26,473 bases of DNA from a virus. Lineage: Duplodnaviria > Caudoviricetes. The DNA is taken from the IMG/VR virus record IMGVR_UViG_3300020042_007512, positions 1 through 26,473 of that record; one strand, given 5' to 3'. The first letter of the stretch is position 1. Each line of letters opens with the position of its first letter. The notes beneath the pieces were generated by a model that was given only the letters and a program-made list of their open reading frames with translations, searched no databases and had not been told where the DNA came from. Positions 25,727 through 26,473 of the stretch are shown here, piece after piece. The translations under genes and the position numbers were made by a program.

Positions 25727-26473
25727 AATAGCTACCTTTGTTTGGATTGTCTAAATGAAAGGTAACATTATAACGTATTGCATCAATAGCGTGGTTAAAA
25801 TCATCTATGTATAATTTGCTGCCTTTGTTTAGGTATGCGTAATTGTTTAGCTCTTTTGCAATATTGCTGCTTTCGTTATCTACAATAATATCATAGTCAA
25901 GCATCATAGTAACACCACTTTCAATAGTTCCTTTTTTAATTGGTTCTATATTTAAACCTTTGTGCCTTAAATCAACTATTAACCTATTCTCTGCACTATC
26001 AGCTATTATTAATTTATTAGTTGCTTTATCTGTACATATTTTTGCGAGTTCTTCCATTCGTAAACCATTTTGATACAAATGCTCTTTAACGTAAATCTTT
26101 TTATGGTCTTTGTCTATTGCAACTTCTATTAGTGTATCAGGGTCAATACTAAAACCAAAGTCCAAACCAAATGAAGTAGGTAAATTGTGTGGGTTAAATA
26201 CTCCAAACTGCCAATTAGTAAATACAACTCCCTCTGCTTTTTCTAACCAAGCACCCATTATTTGATGATTGTACTTTTGCTTTCTGCGAGTTTTCATATC
26301 TTCTAACTGCAATATAAAAGACTCTGATAGGTTTTCGTAATTATCTAAATAGGTTGTGTGTATGTAGGTTGTATCTTTGTGTATTAAATTACTGCCATCT
26401 GCAATACCTTTGCTTTCAAAGAAACGTTTGTAAATAAAGTGTTCTTTTGTTGCAGGGTTTAAAACTAATATAA
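25716..26473 (-). CDS. terL: Terminase large subunit (PBSX/SPP1-like), partial, begins beyond the window end
   Basis: Frame open to the window end: ILVLNPAT (coupling motif), HTTYLDN, GAW, FGLDFGFSIDP, IADSAE, DDFNHAIDAIRY nuclease motifs. Confidence 0.95.
   Translation of the reverse strand, partial: ILVLNPATKEHFIYKRFFESKGIADGSNLIHKDTTYIHTTYLDNYENLSESFILQLEDMKTRRKQKYNHQIMGAWLEKAEGVVFTNWQFGVFNPHNLPTSFGLDFGFSIDPDTLIEVAIDKDHKKIYVKEHLYQNGLRMEELAKICTDKATNKLIIADSAENRLIVDLRHKGLNIEPIKKGTIESGVTMMLDYDIIVDNESSNIAKELNNYAYLNKGSKLYIDDFNHAIDAIRYNVTFHLDNPNKGSYYVY

Overview
The whole window is part of an AT-rich tailed phage genome of siphovirus type. Several Bacteroidetes sigma70 promoter boxes (TTTG-N19-TAnnTTTG), A-rich start regions without Shine-Dalgarno sites, and DUF3127/DUF6291-type genes point to a Bacteroidetes host, probably Flavobacteriaceae. 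Nearly all genes are on the minus strand. In transcription order they are: partial PBSX-type terminase, frameshifting tail chaperone, tail completion/tip genes, tape measure, XkdF-like prohead protease, scaffold, major capsid, major tail, an inverted HNH gene, portal with a MuF-like extension, head-tail adaptor, S74-chaperoned fibre, holins, M15 endolysin, metallophosphoesterase and candidate spanin. Early and replication genes follow: HNH-AP2, Cro-like HTH, two paralogous DNA methyltransferases, SSAP-like, SSB-like, initiator, helicase-like ATPase and NinB-like. The most notable signals are (1) a promoter-to-terminator cassette of about 60 nt with no ORF, antisense to phage translation-start regions; (2) a kissing-loop leader RNA upstream of the replication operon; (3) a four-copy phage-specific late promoter; (4) a -1 frameshift with about 180 nt of dual coding; (5) a period-7 T-x-D triple repeat linked to a fibre with a T4 gp10-like N-terminus; and (6) a shared (E/Q)L(S/A/G) motif in head proteins. 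No integrase, tRNA, CRISPR array or reverse transcriptase was seen. All family calls come from motif recognition, not database searches.
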